Assembly: GCA_052327205.1 (NCBI GenBank) | Contig: CM126204.1 | Location: forward strand, 266,290,001 to 266,354,000 | Length of the DNA: 64,000 bases | Source: Somniosus microcephalus | Taxonomy: Eukaryota | Reading direction: 5' to 3' | In this document: positions 35,076-49,430 of the stretch, one piece after another | Numbering within the stretch: the first letter of the stretch is position 1 | How the letters are laid out: every line of letters begins with the position of its first letter | Notes under the pieces: generated by a model | Told to the model about the DNA's origin: nothing | Database searches by the model: none | Seen by the model: the letters and a program-made list of their open reading frames with translations, nothing else | Position numbers and translations under genes: made by a program

Positions 35076-36419
35076 GTAAGGAGCAATTTCAGAAGCAACC
35101 AGACTGTGCTCTGCCCTTGGCTTCATGGGTTTAGGAAGGGTCGGAGTGCTTTAACCTACCGAGACATGGGAAGCTACCATATCGGTCACAGAATAAGGTT
35201 TCAAAAAGCAATCCGGGTAAAATGTATCTACTGAAATCCAATATGGAGACAGTTATCATTTAATTTCATTCTAAATTTTAATAATACGCGTTATTGCTCG
35301 AAAGCATGGAGTATCGTAGCCTCATCGCCGAAAACATAAGACTTTCGATTATATTTGAAAGAATCTATTGTGGAGTTAAATTGTTTGAGCAGACGTGTAC
35401 CATATGCAAGGGAGTTGGTTTGTCAGAATTACATATATATAGAGAGAGTTCGCTTATTTTACTTGTGCCAACATTGAAATCCGCAGTGAGCGGTTTAATA
35501 TCTCCCGCCTCCCTGAAAGGTCGAGGTGTTTGGTTTATGCTCATACAGTATAAATCAAATCTAGCAAGTCACTCATAGCAAGGAGCCCCTTTCATTAAAG
35601 CGAATTTAAAGGAACTCCAAGGGACTTTGTATTTTGTCTGATGTGTCGGTTGGATTTGACACGTTGACATTGAAGTTGCCCAGGAACCGAAAAGCAATTC
35701 AAAAAGCAACTAAAAGTGTTTTTAAAACACCAAATTAGCATATTATCCGATTTAAAGAAATCTAAACTAGATTTGCAAATTGCTTGTTCAATGTTCTCCT
35801 TGACACCACCAAATTAATGACTATATATATTGTATATATATATGGTGGTGTCAAGGAGAAAATTGAATGTACACACGCACGATCTTCACGATACACACCT
35901 ATTTTTATATATATATAATATATTATAGTGTGTACGTCAAAGATCATTAGTTGAAAATAATTGCTGTGAAGTATTGCTGATGTTAGGGCTATTGCGCAGT
36001 CGTTATCTATGCCATTCTAGGGCCTATCTTGCGATATTCTTTGCTTGGTCAGAATCCTTTATAAACTGTTAGATGGTGTGGAGGCTGACCATTTATCTAT
36101 TTGCATGCTGACTGTGAATGTCACAATCCAGTTCCTGAATTCTGGCTTGCTGACGATTGTGCACAAGTCAGCTCCTGGCCGAACTTAAGCAATTAAATTG
36201 TTCATTTCTGAATTTAGATCCTGCACCGTCCAATATTATCTAATGCCATAGCGACAATGGATTCAGGGGCATATATACTTAACAAATATTTCAACTGGTA
36301 CCGACCTCTGAAAACGTTATTTAATCCTTATATAATGGAATTGATAAAGTGTGCTTATGCATTTTACCTTTATAATTTGTAATTAATCCAATATCAATGA
36401 ATAATATCTCGGCTCCCAG

Positions 36420-36880
36420 CTTATCCCTGCTGCGTTTCCTCAGAATGTTCGAGTACTGGCAGTGTTGGGTCCTTTTAATTACCTTTTTTCTGCTGATTTT
36501 TAGCTGTTGATTTTTCTCCCTTCACCTCCCCTTCTCTCCTCAAGGACATGCCTCCTTGCTGGGGAACGGTTCCATGGCTGACAGTCACCTTCTGTCACCT
36601 TGCCCAAACGGCTATTATTCAAGCGTGTGCTTTTACGGCCAGAGCCAGTCAATTGCAGAGAACATCTCGGCTGAGCCTGATCCTACCCCACCTGATGTCC
36701 AGACTCGTGCACTTCCAGCAGGGGCTGCTGGATAGGGACCTAGAGCAGGAAGCCCAGCCCGTTTTCCCTTCCAAGGCTTCCCACTCCCTGATTGCTAAGC
36801 TAGGGGTGCTGAAGCCAATTGTATCGACCCCACCACTGGGTGCGATAAACCAGGGATCGAATCTGGGACCTGCCTGATCT
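36420..36880 (-). mobile_element. Second SINE-like family, minus strand
   Basis: Reverse complement near 36880 reads CAGGTCCCAGATTCGATCCCTGG, a tRNA T-arm/B-box-like sequence. The left boundary is uncertain. Confidence 0.5.
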
Positions 36881-37229
36881 GTTCAATAGAGGAGCTCTAG
36901 GCCATCGAGAGAGAGAGCTCTATTACTTTCCTTTGGAAACAGTACTTGGCGTGCTGAGAACTGTTTTTGAAGAGTGTAAAATGACTTACCAACACCCAAA
37001 GAACATGTGAGAATCTAAAGTTGCAAGGCCCACAGAACTGAAAGAGAATTGATTTTGACACAGTTGATTTTTGAATATTAATTAGAGCCAATAATTACTT
37101 AAATTATATTTCTAAACTGTAATTTGCCAATCAGAATCAGACTATGAATCATCCTTGCACCAAAAAACGAATAGAAACTGAATTCCATTCTAGTCAACTC
37201 TCCTAAATGGATTCTGAAAACAAATATGA

Positions 37230-37940
37230 GGACCCCTTATCAGGACTCACTCAAAATCATCCCACATCACTTACACATCACCTTTCATCACTATGTGAAG
37301 TCTTGGCACCCTACCTCATCCTTGGTCACTCTATGTCCCCATATCTTTCTATGTCTTGTCACATCACTGTATATCACTCCAGGCCATTCTATTCTGCTCC
37401 CTGCTATCCCCTTTCTTTCTGCATCAATTTAACATCACGCCCTCCCATACTATTCCATCCCATCCTACATTACACCATGTGGTGCCAATTCCTCAGGTCT
37501 CTATGTGTTCATGTACATTTTCTCTGTTCAGTAATTCTAGTGAAGCCATAAATACAGTCTTCCTAAGGTTTCTAATTTTGCTAGAAATTACAAAGTGAGA
37601 AAATTTTCACATACATTTATGTTGTCATTGCATATAATGGACTGAAGAATTTTTAACCCAGTGTACATCACTTTATGTCTCCTTATCTTTATACATCATT
37701 TTAATTTGATCATCATTCCTCATCACTCTGCATTACGTCTTTGCATTATACATCACTTGATTCTGCTATGTCACTCCTTATCCCTCTACAATTTTCTACA
37801 TCACTCCGTACAACTGCATGCTACTCTACCTCACTCACATGACTATGCCACGTTACAACTCTACTTCACTCCACAATCCTCCACTTCATTCCATATCAAC
37901 ATGCACCATTTGACATCAATCCATGTAACTTCACCTTAGT
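37230..37940 (+). repeat. Low-complexity, G-depleted region (cryptic CATCAC-type repeats)
   Basis: Recurrent ACATCAC/CATCAT motifs and strong C/T/A bias; the resulting His/Leu/Ser ORFs are spurious. Confidence 0.6.
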
Positions 37941-40125
37941 GCGTGTTACCCTTAAGGATTTAAGGAATCTGGAATGAGATTCAGGGACACATCTGGAGTC
38001 ATTTGTAGTTGCACTTCATCATCACCTTTAAATGGTCACTTGTACCTCAACCTTGTCAGGAAATTACCTGTAAATTTTCGGTTCCAATGTAACACATTTC
38101 TTGTGTAGTTTGATGGTTTGATCATAAGTAAATAAATGGGAAAGACTCTCAAAACCATTTTTCAAAATAATTCTTCTGTAAATGGTCAAAATTAATAGAT
38201 TTAAAGAAAAACAAAAAAAAACGTTAAGGACTATTCCTGAGAGGTTTTTGTTTTTCAGAATCTCATGCAATCTGAATTGTGTGAAGCTCATATTACGTTA
38301 CCATACTGTCATGTCCTGTTGCATGAATACATGTTCTGGATTTCAAGACAGCCTTTGAAATGGCTCTGAATCAGCATTTCCATGTCACAGTGCGTGGTGC
38401 TCCCAGGAGTAGCATGTCTATTACTCTGGAATGACGGCATTTTTAAACCGTTTTTCCATTGGTACTTGTGGTCTGGAGATGAATCAGTCCCATGCTCAGC
38501 CCTGAATGAAAAATTACTCCAATCTCTCCTTCAATAGTTGTAGTCAAATTTTACATTTAGACTTGACCGCTGCAAGATTCTGAGCTGTTTTTATGATAAA
38601 TATGTATTGATAGTCAATAACAAATGAACAAACTATTATCGGCACATAAATGCAAGCACTTGACCAGGTTTCGTGAAGCCAAGAATGTTTTCCCAAGAGA
38701 ACTCACAATTAGTTACTGGTCTGCATTCTACCATGTAGGTTCGAACCTCTAATTGTCAAAAGTTCTTATAATGGATATACATGGCCTGTAATAAATTTTT
38801 AATCTGGCACTAATCCCTAAGATAAAAAGCTCCAATTGTAACCTCAAGTGTAAGTCTCAGCAGTCTCAACATGTCATGTAGCTGTCAGTGGTTCCTGTTT
38901 TTCTTTAGTCACCAATAGATGAAACTGGCTCAGTGAGAATATCTCAGTAGCCGTTAGATCTGTTCAGTGGTGACAGACACTACTGTGACAGAGACCATTA
39001 AAATGACTCCCAAGGCATCTGTTGAATTGGATTTGTTTTAATTATTTTTTAATTCCAGAGATATTAGAAGACATAACAGTGACACCGGGGCTCTCAATGA
39101 GCTTGTTCTTTTTCACATGGGAAATATTATAATGGTGCTTTACTAATGCATGGCTACTGTATAACACCGTTCAGGCAAAAAGAAGGAGGAAAGGAGGAGG
39201 CAGAAATACAGATGCAATGCAGTGTAAAGAGCTGAAAATGGGCCTCTTTAATGACAAGAAGTCAAGCAGAGAATTAGAAAATGTGGTGCATTGAACCAGA
39301 GGCAACTTAGAAGGTTTGAAAGTAACGCCTGATTAAGGGAATTTCAGAAGAGTGCAATCACTGTAATAATACCTCTTTATTTAAAAGTAATTTTCTTTGC
39401 AAAAGCACCAATTAAATGCATGTAATGTAAGGATAATCCCTGTTTTCAGACATATACTGTAGTTTTTGTAATGTATGAAACAATACTCTGATAATTGAAT
39501 TGATTTCTAAAGAAGAGGCCTTTGACATTAGCAGGGCTTTTTACAGAACCTGGTCATACTACAGACTTGTTCTTCATTTACATGCACAGCATACGTCAAT
39601 GTTCTCTTGTGTCAATGTATCCCTTACTGCCATTATTGAACATAAAGGTTGTTTTCCTCAGTGAAGATTATTCAGTCAATATAGAGCAGAATTGTAGAGT
39701 AATATTTTAGTACCTGCAAACACGCTAATGTACAGTTACACGTGTGTGTCTGATCTGCTGGTTTGAAAGGCTTGCTTCTGTCAGATGAATGTAAACTGAC
39801 CTGAAGCATACTCTTGTGCACACATTTTCTGTGGAATAAAGATCTCTATTTCAACAAGAAATAACAATCAGCACATAAAGTATAATGGTATAAAGGTATT
39901 AACTTCACATGCTTTACATTTAAAATTTATGGGATGCACAAAACATAACCTTCTAACAAATGTTCTTGAACTAAGTAGGTTTTGCGTGCACAATATTTAT
40001 TTCCTTATTTCTTCAATATTTTAGGGAGATAATATTTGAGAAACAATTCAAAACAATTTGAATTTTTATACAATGAATATACATGTTCTTGTTTGTGCAT
40101 CACTTAATGTACTGATTTTTAATAA

Positions 40126-40791
<666 letters not shown>

Positions 40792-40976
40792 TGACTATAA
40801 TTTTGTATTGTAATTATATTTCAATGCGGTTGAGAGAAATACTTATCCATTCTGTGTCTTAATGGTTGAAGTTTGTTTCAGATATTTAAAAGAGCATTCC
40901 CAAAAATAATAGTCCCAATGTCCCATTAATTTGCTATCTATTTAACATTTTAAAATAGATAGCTACTTAATACAAT

Positions 40977-41227
40977 GGAGTAGACTTGCATCTGTACCAC
41001 TTGGGTGAGAATTGTCGCCCGGTTGGAGTGTAAGGGGGGAAAATCGGCACGGGGAGAATTGCACACAGGTTACAGAATCTGTCTGATTTTCCTTCCATTC
41101 CTTTAAATGGAGGGAAAATTGAGCAGGATCCATCATAGGTGTGTAGTTCTCCCCATCTGATTTCCTGTTCGGCACAGCGCCCAGGGCAATACTTTATACC
41201 CAGGTGGTACAGACGGAAATCTACCCC
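40977..41227. mobile_element. Palindromic MITE
   Basis: Imperfect TIRs GGAGTAGACTTGCATCTGTACCACTTGGG / CCCAGGTGGTACAGACGGAAATCTACCCC. Confidence 0.75.
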
Positions 41228-42241
41228 AGTGTGTTTCTGGGATTTAAAATCTTTCCTGATCAAAATCTGAACTGTGCATTGTTAATATATCACCCGCCTC
41301 AATCCTGTGGCACTAATTTCCCACTGTAGGATCCGTATCATTACATGCACTATCAGGTATATTTTGAACCCTAAGCTAATTTAGCAACAAATTGGGCATA
41401 AATTTCAATCAGTGTTCCTTGGTTTATAGTCGCATCTACCTTTTTCACTAAGTTCATCAAAGGGAGGAAAATGTATCCCTGTGCATTTTATATCTTATCC
41501 TCTATCAGATTCTGATCATATTAGAAGTGGATTTTGGTTAAGTTTACAAGTTAAATTCCATCCGTTCAAATTGCATAAGTGAAATTAGGAGCCAATGTAC
41601 CTTTGATAATCAGAAATCTGTGTTCGTTTTAAAAATAATGGATATGGCTTTTATGCACATATAAGAAAATGTTTTCAAATTAGGGCATGCATTTGAAAAA
41701 GACCTTCTCGAAATGGCTGCCAGTGTATTTTGTACGTAATTTATCATGATGGTTTCCAACTGCAGAACTCTGAAAAGTTTATAGTTCTGGCTATTTTAAG
41801 TTATTCATGTTATTCATGACTAGAGCAAGTTTTTTTGCAGCTCAGTGATTTTTTATCACTTAGCTGCACTTAAAAACTGGCATTTCACTGTCTTCACATT
41901 TTTAATACAAAATTGTAGTATGTGGGCAAGTCGCTCTGTGTGTGGGAAATGTTGAATTTAGCATGTCATGGAACTTATGATCATTCACTCAATTCATTGC
42001 CCATGACTCAAACCTAACTACAAAAGGAATATTATTCGGTTAGCAGCAAAAAGTCGACGTAGAGTTTTCAGATCAAGGTTGCAGCATTAAATAGCTGCCA
42101 CGAATGAGTGGAATTAGTGAAAAAATTGGTTGCAGATCCTTTTCAGACTAGAGTGTGCACAAGCAGTGTTCATAAGGAGTGTGTACATTTATAAGTTAAC
42201 GATTGAGACTTTCTAACGACCCTCTTAGTAGCAAACATAAT

Positions 42242-42400
42242 GGGGTCGATTTTGACTTTCTGCAATAGTGCAAAACAGATGATAGTGAGTCAGCGGCCCA
42301 TTTTACATCACTGCCGATTTTTATTTCTGTTGACTTCAAAGGAAATTGGACTGCCGACTCGCTATCACCCGTTTTACACTAGCGCGCAAAACCCAGATCT
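42242..42400. mobile_element. Palindromic MITE (family of 44807-44993)
   Basis: GGGGTCGATTTTGACTTT..GATAGTGAGTCAGC..CTGCCGACTCGCTATC..TTTTACACTA. Confidence 0.7.
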
Positions 42401-42595
42401 ATCCCTATGTGTATAACACAGTGCACATAAGGAACGTGTATCAGCAGCTATTGCGTGTATTCTGGTAATTGAGAGCAGGGCACCAGTAATTCCAGCCTGC
42501 AACAGATTTTTTTTTGTTTGTTTTTTTTGTTTGCTGGCATGGCGATGAGAGCAATTTTTCAAAGTTCTTTCCCATTAAACGTCCCTCCCCTAAAG

Positions 42596-42800
42596 AGGTC
42601 AGCCCTGGCTCGGTGGGTAGCATTCTCGCCTCTGAGCCAGCAGCTCGTGGGTTGAAGTCCCACTCCAGGGACTCGAGCACATAATGCTAGGCTGACATTT
42701 CAGTGCAGTACTGAGGAAGTGCTGCACTGTCGGAGGTTCCATCTTTCGGATGAGGTTAAACCGAGGTCCTATCGGTCCTCTCAGGTAGACGTAAATGATC
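42596..42800 (+). mobile_element. SacSINE1/DeuSINE-like SINE, 5' half
   Basis: TGGCTCGGTGGGTAGCA..GGGTTGAAGTCCCACTCC..CAGTGCAGTACTGAGGAAGTGCTGCACTGTCGGAGG. Confidence 0.85.
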
Positions 42801-43441
42801 CCTTCTCCTAATTGAGGCAGGACTCCAGCTATCTGAATTCAGGGGTAGTGTTAGTCTTCAGTGGAACTGTGGCCTCACCGCCCCCCACCCCCCCCACCGC
42901 TCCTCCCCCTCCGCTCACTAATTCCAGATTTAAATATAAATACAGCTCCCTTACCACCAGAAACAGGGAAATTGCAGCGGTGGAGAATATGACAATTGCT
43001 GGTGGGTGCTGGGCCTTTCTGTGAGCCCACCAGAGCATTGCCCCTCATTTATCTAACCCAATATATCGTCATTTTGTTGTGAAGGAAATTGTGCAGTGAA
43101 GAGCATTCGAACCAACTGGAACTTTCATTCCCTTTCCCAGCCAGAAATTAAAAAAATGGATGATAATCCACACCAAAGCCTGAAAAAAATCTGCAAATGG
43201 GGGAAAAACCTTCTTAGGGAGGACGGATGTCACTCCTTTCCCCTTCCCCCAACATGCACGCTATACTACCAGGGAATTTGGAGCAATTGGGATCCATTTT
43301 GGTATCTGGCTTACATCGGGTGGGTGGGGCAACTGTTCCACCTGCACGATGGCCTAATCAAGTTTCACAGTGGGCCCAGATTTAAGGGGAACAGGCAAGC
43401 TGCCAGCACTAATTGTGCTGTTTGTTCGTAGACAGCTGGGA

Positions 43442-43935
43442 GGGCAGGAAATTCAGCCGGGCATAGACTCACATGAGCCTGCAGCAGCACATTGAAGGGA
43501 ATGACTGAAAAAAAATCAAAAGGCTGGGTGGCAAGAGAGCAGCAGATTTAAGTGGCAAAACTTAAGGAAGCTTTTAAGATTTAAAAGTTCCAAAAACAAT
43601 GGAGAAAAGGTAATTTGCAAACCTGCTGCAGTTTTATCCAACTGAAGCTTAAGTAGTGCTGCAAATGGCTGCCTTCCAACCTGTACCGCCCATGGTTTGT
43701 GGGCAGGTTGAGGAAACAATGGTGGCAGCGCTGATTGACACCAAAATTGCTTCGGGGTCCTAACTGCATCATTTAACCCTGATTTAAATATGTTAACAAG
43801 GCTGTTTCTGGCAGGCGTGCTGATTGCCTAAATGGTTAAATCCAGCGGTAAGTTGGCGATTTGTTTTTAAATTTTTATCCTGCTTCTGCCCCTTTTACAC
43901 CTAAAAACAGGCAGTTGCAAGACAAAAATCAGCCT
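43442..43935. mobile_element. Degenerate GGGC..AATT-ended non-autonomous element
   Basis: Ends GGGCAGGAAATT and AAAATCAGCC match the terminal style of the other MITE-like elements here. Confidence 0.4.
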
Positions 43936-44379
43936 TGTTTCCTCCCCCTTCCTCACTTCTGGCTACTAGATCATTCTCTCGGATCATTAGATAAGTCTGA
44001 TGGATGGCCATTTAGCAAGCAATGTATAAAAACCATCTATCTATATATGTATATTTGAGATACCCTCAGTGCCAACATCTCTCTGCTGTCACCCATCCCT
44101 TCAAGTTTTGTCCAGTAACTAACTCCAGCCTGCCAAAGAAAGGAAATCACAGTTTACCAAGGGTGTTATATATGCACCGAATTTGGCGAGATTTTAGTCA
44201 TTGTGTGCTAAAGGATTTTTCCACATTGTCATGTTTCAACCTAATTGAGATTCAGGAGTTAATTCTGTTTAATAGATGTAAAATTAAAAAGATGATACCA
44301 TAGAATATATTTCTGAACACAACCAGAAACTTTTTTTCTGTCAGAGAGGGGAAAATACCAGGGTAGTCATGTCTCAGTG

Positions 44380-44556
44380 TTATTGTGAAACAAAGTCTAA
44401 GTTAATATTCCAGTATTCTTCTGAATTGCTTACCATGGAGACCGCTTAACAGAAACACCTCATTCTGGTCCCAATGGGTTGTTCCTGTTAAGAGGTCCCT
44501 ACTGTGACCAGTTCGAGGAATATTAGAATACTAACTCAGACTTTGTTTCACAATAA
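44380..44556. repeat. Old hairpin repeat, with a second half-copy at 45073-45172
   Basis: TTATTGTGAAACAAAGTCTAAGTTAATATTC pairs with GAATACTAACTCAGACTTTGTTTCACAATAA. Confidence 0.75.
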
Positions 44557-44806
44557 AAATGGGATTGTTTGTGTTCAGGATTGCTTGCTCAGTTTAAATC
44601 CCCATGCACCTTACAGAATGTGATTTAAAAGCTGGATAATGGATTGCTGTTTTATCCCATTCCTTCTACTCCAGCGTCGGAGGCCAATCTTTTAGCCACT
44701 GAAATCATTATTTCAGAATCAGTTTGCTTGGCTACTCCTCTCCCCATCTTAACAATGCTCCTACAAGCATATCTCTTCACCCTCAGTCTGCCACCTTAAA
44801 CTCCTT

Positions 44807-44993
44807 GGAGTAGATTTTGACTTTGCGTAATAATGTAAAATGGGCGATAGTGAGTCGGCAGTCCGTTTTACGTTACTCCCCATTTTTATTACTGTTGACT
44901 TTAACGGAAATAAAAATCGGGAGTGATGTAATACGGACTGCCGATTCGCTATCATCCGCCTTACCCTATCGCACAAAGTCAAAATCTACCTCC
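44807..44993. mobile_element. Palindromic MITE
   Basis: TIRs GTAGATTTTGACTTTG / CAAAGTCAAAATCTAC with inner arms GATAGTGAGTCGGCAGTCCGT / ACGGACTGCCGATTCGCTATC. Confidence 0.85.
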
Positions 44994-45692
44994 TTGTCTT
45001 TTGTAAGGTGCTCAGAGTCATCGTTCTACAGGGTAAGCATATGATAAATCTAAGTTGTTGTTGTAACGGGGACATTCTGGTCCCGGTGGCTTGTTCCTGT
45101 TCAGAGGTCTCCACGGTAACCAGTTCAGAAGAATACCAGAATACTAACTCAGACTTTGTTTCACCATAAAAATGTGCCACTAAAAATCCTGGCCCTTTCC
45201 TTTCTCCAGACCGAAAAAGTGTTCTTTGCCATGAAGACCGTTTTGCTTTAAGGAAGGACAGTTGTACTCTAGCTATTGTCACTTTCGAAGTGGCAGCCAA
45301 AACGGTGTCAATCAGCATGAAGTGACACAAAAGGCATTTATTCACTTTCTGCTCTCAGATGAACTATTTTGGAACAACTGTTGCTTTAATGTTGCTTCCT
45401 GTTTTGATGCGAGTCCGTGCTCCGAGGTCTCTGACTGGTGTTACCCCAGAATGATACAGTGTGCACACATTTTATGCAAAGGAGTATTAATAGATGGGAA
45501 TTGGCAATGAAAAATGTCATGTTTATTGAATTGTAGCAAGCCTTTGATACTTTGTTCATTGAACACCATCAGTGATATGAGGTTTGAAACTTTGTTACTG
45601 GCCCCAATTCCTGCTTCCCTGGTCCCTACCAGGCATCCCTAGCAAAGTTTCTCAACCTAGTTTAACTCCAAACAAGTAGATATACTCAACAC

Positions 45693-45857
45693 CAATGTGT
45701 CCTCTAATTTTTATTTTAGGTGCGCAGTCCCTTTAACTGGCTGCGTGGCTCATTCAAATTTCCGTGCATGCGCGGTTTCTTCCATGTAAAAGCCGGTGAG
45801 CGGCCTGCGCAGGACCTCCAGACCGCTGCGCAGCCGCCCAGTTTAGCGGGAACATTG
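45693..45857. mobile_element. hAT-type MITE (165 bp) with 8-bp TSD
   Basis: Imperfect TIRs CAATGTGTCCTCTAA / TTAGCGGGAACATTG; TSD CTCAACAC at 45685-45692 and 45858-45865. Confidence 0.85.
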
Positions 45858-46566
45858 CTCAACACTCCAGCAAATTGGTGCAGGATTAAGCCAAACCTCT
45901 GTTGCTCAGACCTAGTTTTCTAATCAAATATGGAGATCTATTGAAAATAACGAGCAAAGCAATACGAAACAACAATGCGTAGCACTGGAAAATCAAAGAA
46001 TTGGCCATAAATGGACTGTATTCTTAAAAGGCAGCTGGTCAATCCATTTGTTACCTTCCAGTGCTCAATTGGAAGGAACTGTTATTAGCTGCAGACCCAA
46101 TGAGTTTTGACTGACTTCTCTTTTACAGTGTAGTTTTGGTTAACGAATGGCTAAGTGGCATGCTGTCAAAGGGCAACTCTTTGCTGCAGTAACATGCTGT
46201 GTCTTGGAGTGATGGGATACAGCAAGTTCCTGACCTCTGCCAGTTTGTTAGCAGGAGAAGTGGGGGCTAGGTAATTGCACACAAGGCAGTGGGGAGTGGC
46301 GGGGGGTGGGGGGATGAATTACAATGGCAATTCTCACACACTTACTCATGGCCAAATTGAGCATGGCATTGGCAGAGGCTTGGGCACAAGCTGCTTGTCC
46401 ATCAGTTCATTCAAGGTACAGTGATTGACTTGCAGGTACCTGAAGAAGGGAGACAAAGTAACTCAGAATGCAACAAAGCAGCTGTAATAAAGATGGTTCT
46501 CTCCAGTACTGTTTTTAGTGATTTAGATCATTCAAGGCTGAAGGTTTGCAGTCCAGACTATTTCCC

Positions 46567-46905
46567 AGTGTAGCTCAGCTGGTAGCACACTCGCTTCTGA
46601 GTCAAAAATTTGTGGGTTGAAGGCCCATTCCAGATTTGAGCATACAAACTCGACTGACAATCCAGTGTAGGAGTGCTGTGTTGTTGGAGGTGCCATCCAT
46701 CAGGTCAGATGATAGGCCAAGGTCCTGTCTGCTTGTTCGGGTGGATGTTAAAGATCCAGTGGTACAACATGAGCAGAAGCAAGGAGTTGTCCAAGTGTAC
46801 TGGCCAATATTCCTCCCTTAACCAACACCATCAAAAACAGATTAACTGATCAGTCATCTCATGTTTGTGGGATCTTGCCGCACATAAATTGGCTGCTGTT
46901 TTTCT
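46567..46905 (+). mobile_element. SacSINE1/DeuSINE-like SINE, degenerate
   Basis: TAGCTCAGCTGGTAGCAC head; GGCCAATATTCCTCCCTTAACCAACACCA..TTTGTGGGATCTTGC core. Confidence 0.8.
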
Positions 46906-47736
46906 CAGTAAACTCTCTTCTTGCAGGCCATTTGTTCTATATGTTAATTAGAGTCTTACAATGAAATTACAGTTGTTGCCTTGATTACACCGTACAGGAT
47001 GCTGTTAACGTGAAATTGTTGAAATGTCCACCTTTGCCAAAAACCATGTTCAAAAAAGGGAGCTATGATTTCAGCCTTTCAGCTTTCTCTTCAGGTGTTT
47101 TAATTTATTTGACTTTTCAGCCTTTCAGCTTTCCCTTCAGGTGTTTTAATTTATTTGACTTTTGAGTCAAATGGCACAATGATGCAGCATGTTGAAGCAC
47201 CTCAACATGCACTACATTACTTAGTTCCCAATCTTGGCTGTGTTGGTGTGGGAAAGTGCTAGGTGAAAGCAAATGGTTTTCTTGCAGGCAAGGAATGGAG
47301 ATTGCAGACGCAACCATCCTGGCTACTCTGAAGCATCTACTAGTGGCCAGTTGCACAGTAGCAACAGGAAAGGTCTGCAAGCAAGGGACCAACGTGACTG
47401 CCACCTCAGCTACAGTCAATGCTTGGTATGGGTAGAACAAGATATAGAAAGAAAACATTTCCTACCATCAAATAAATAAATAGGCGGTTTGAGCCGAGGA
47501 CTATAAAGGGGTTGAAATAATAAATGTCTTGTTGTATGTTACTCGAGTTAGGAGCAGTTTGAACAATTTCATTGTTTGCATTTTTTTATAATGTAATTTT
47601 TTTTGATAAATTCCCAATTTCATTTTTAAAAGTTAAACATCTAAGTGAATATATCTAGTGTGTATTTACATGAAACATTGAGGGGAAAAAAAACATCAAT
47701 ATACGGATATGGATTTACAAATGGGATTAGTTGTAT

Positions 47737-49430
47737 CCCCGGCTTCTTTTCTCCACTACCAACCATCTGCTTAAAGCAGTCTCCCCTGCCCCATGCACCC
47801 TCATCTCCAACAACAAGAGTGAGCGGCTCATGGACTTCTTTGTCACTAAGATTGAGACCTTCCATTCAGCTGCCTCTACCACATTATTTCCTTCCCCTTG
47901 CCCACCAACCCAAGCGTCCCCCAATATCCCCCCCCCCACCTTAGCCCTGAACTCATATCTTTAGTTTCTCTCCTATCTCCCCTCATGCCCTCTCCAAGAT
48001 CATCTTGTCCACGAGACCCACCTCCTACTCCGCCGATGCTATTCAAACTAAACTGCATCCACTCAACTTCCCTTCCTGGCCCCCATGTTAGCTAATATTG
48101 TAAACGGTTCCCTCTCCTCAGGTACTGTCCCCCTCCCTTTCAAATCTGCCATCATCACCCTCTTCTCAAAAAACTTACCATTATCCTTGCAAGCTACCAC
48201 CCCATTTCCAACCTCCCTTTCCTCTCCAAAGACCTTGAATGTATTGTCGTCTCTCAAATCCATTTCCTGCTTTCCCGCAAATCCATGTTTGAACCTATCC
48301 AATCAGGTTTCAGCCCCTGCCACAGCACTGAAATGACCCTAATCAAAGTCACAAATGACATCCTATGTGACTGTGACCATGGTAAACTATCCCTCCTCAT
48401 CCTTTGTGACCTGTCTGCAGCCTTTGACATGGTTGACCACAGCATCCTCCTCCAACGCCTCTCCCCCGTCGTCCAGCTGGGTGGGACTGCACTTGCCTGG
48501 TTCCACTCTTGCCTATCCAGTAGCCAGAGAATCTCCAGCAATTACTTCTCTTCCCACCCCTGCACCTTTACCTCTGGAGCTCCCCAAGAATCTAACCTTG
48601 GCCCCCTCATATTTTTCATCTACATGCTGATCTCAGCAACATCATCTGAAAAGAATGATACAATTTTCCACATGTATGCTGATGACACCCAGCTGTGCCT
48701 CACCACCACCTCTCTCGACCCCTCTACTGTCTCTGTGTTGTCAGACTACTTGTTATTCCCTCCCTAAACCTCTCTTCCTCTTTACCTCTCCCTCCTCCTT
48801 TAGACGCTCATTAAACCTACCTCTTTGACCAAGTTTTGGTCACCTGTCCTAATATCTCCTATGTGGCACTGTGTCAAATTTTGCTTGATAACGCTCCAGT
48901 GAAACACCTTGGGATGTTTTACTATGTTAAATGTGCTATATAAATGCAAGTTGCTTTTGTTGTTGTTGTTGTCTGACATCCAGTTCTGGATTAGCCACAA
49001 TTTCCTCCAATTAAACATTGGGAAGACTGAAGCCATTGTCTTCAGCCCCACTTTAAACTCCATTCCCTCGCCACCGATTCTATCCCCCTCCCTGGCCACT
49101 GTCTCAGACAGTTCCCAACCTCGGCATCCTATTTGACCCTGAGCTTAGCTTCTGACCCCATATCCTCTCCATCACAAAGACCGTCTACTTCCACCTCTAT
49201 AACAGCACCCACCTCTGCCACTGCTTCAGCACATCCACTGCTGAAGCCCTCATCCATGCGTTTGTTACCTCCAGACTCAACTATTCCAGTGCCCTCCTAG
49301 CCGGTCTCCCACGTACCACCCTTCATAAACATGAACTCATCCAAAACTCTGCTGCCCGTATTCTAACCTGCACCAAGTCCCGTTCACCCATCACCCTGTG
49401 CTCACTGACCTACATTGGCTCCCAGTCCGG
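47737..49430 (+). mobile_element. L2 LINE ORF2 fragment, interrupted at ~48757-48970 by another L2/SINE 3' tail
   Basis: QSGF...HSTE.TLIKVTNDI, DLSAAFD.VDH, YADDTQL, LQLNIGKTEAIVF. The insert ends GCTATATAAATGCAAGTTG(TTG)n. Confidence 0.9.

Noticed and set aside
37207-37939. His/Leu-rich ORFs
   Set aside because: Products of low-complexity, G-poor sequence.
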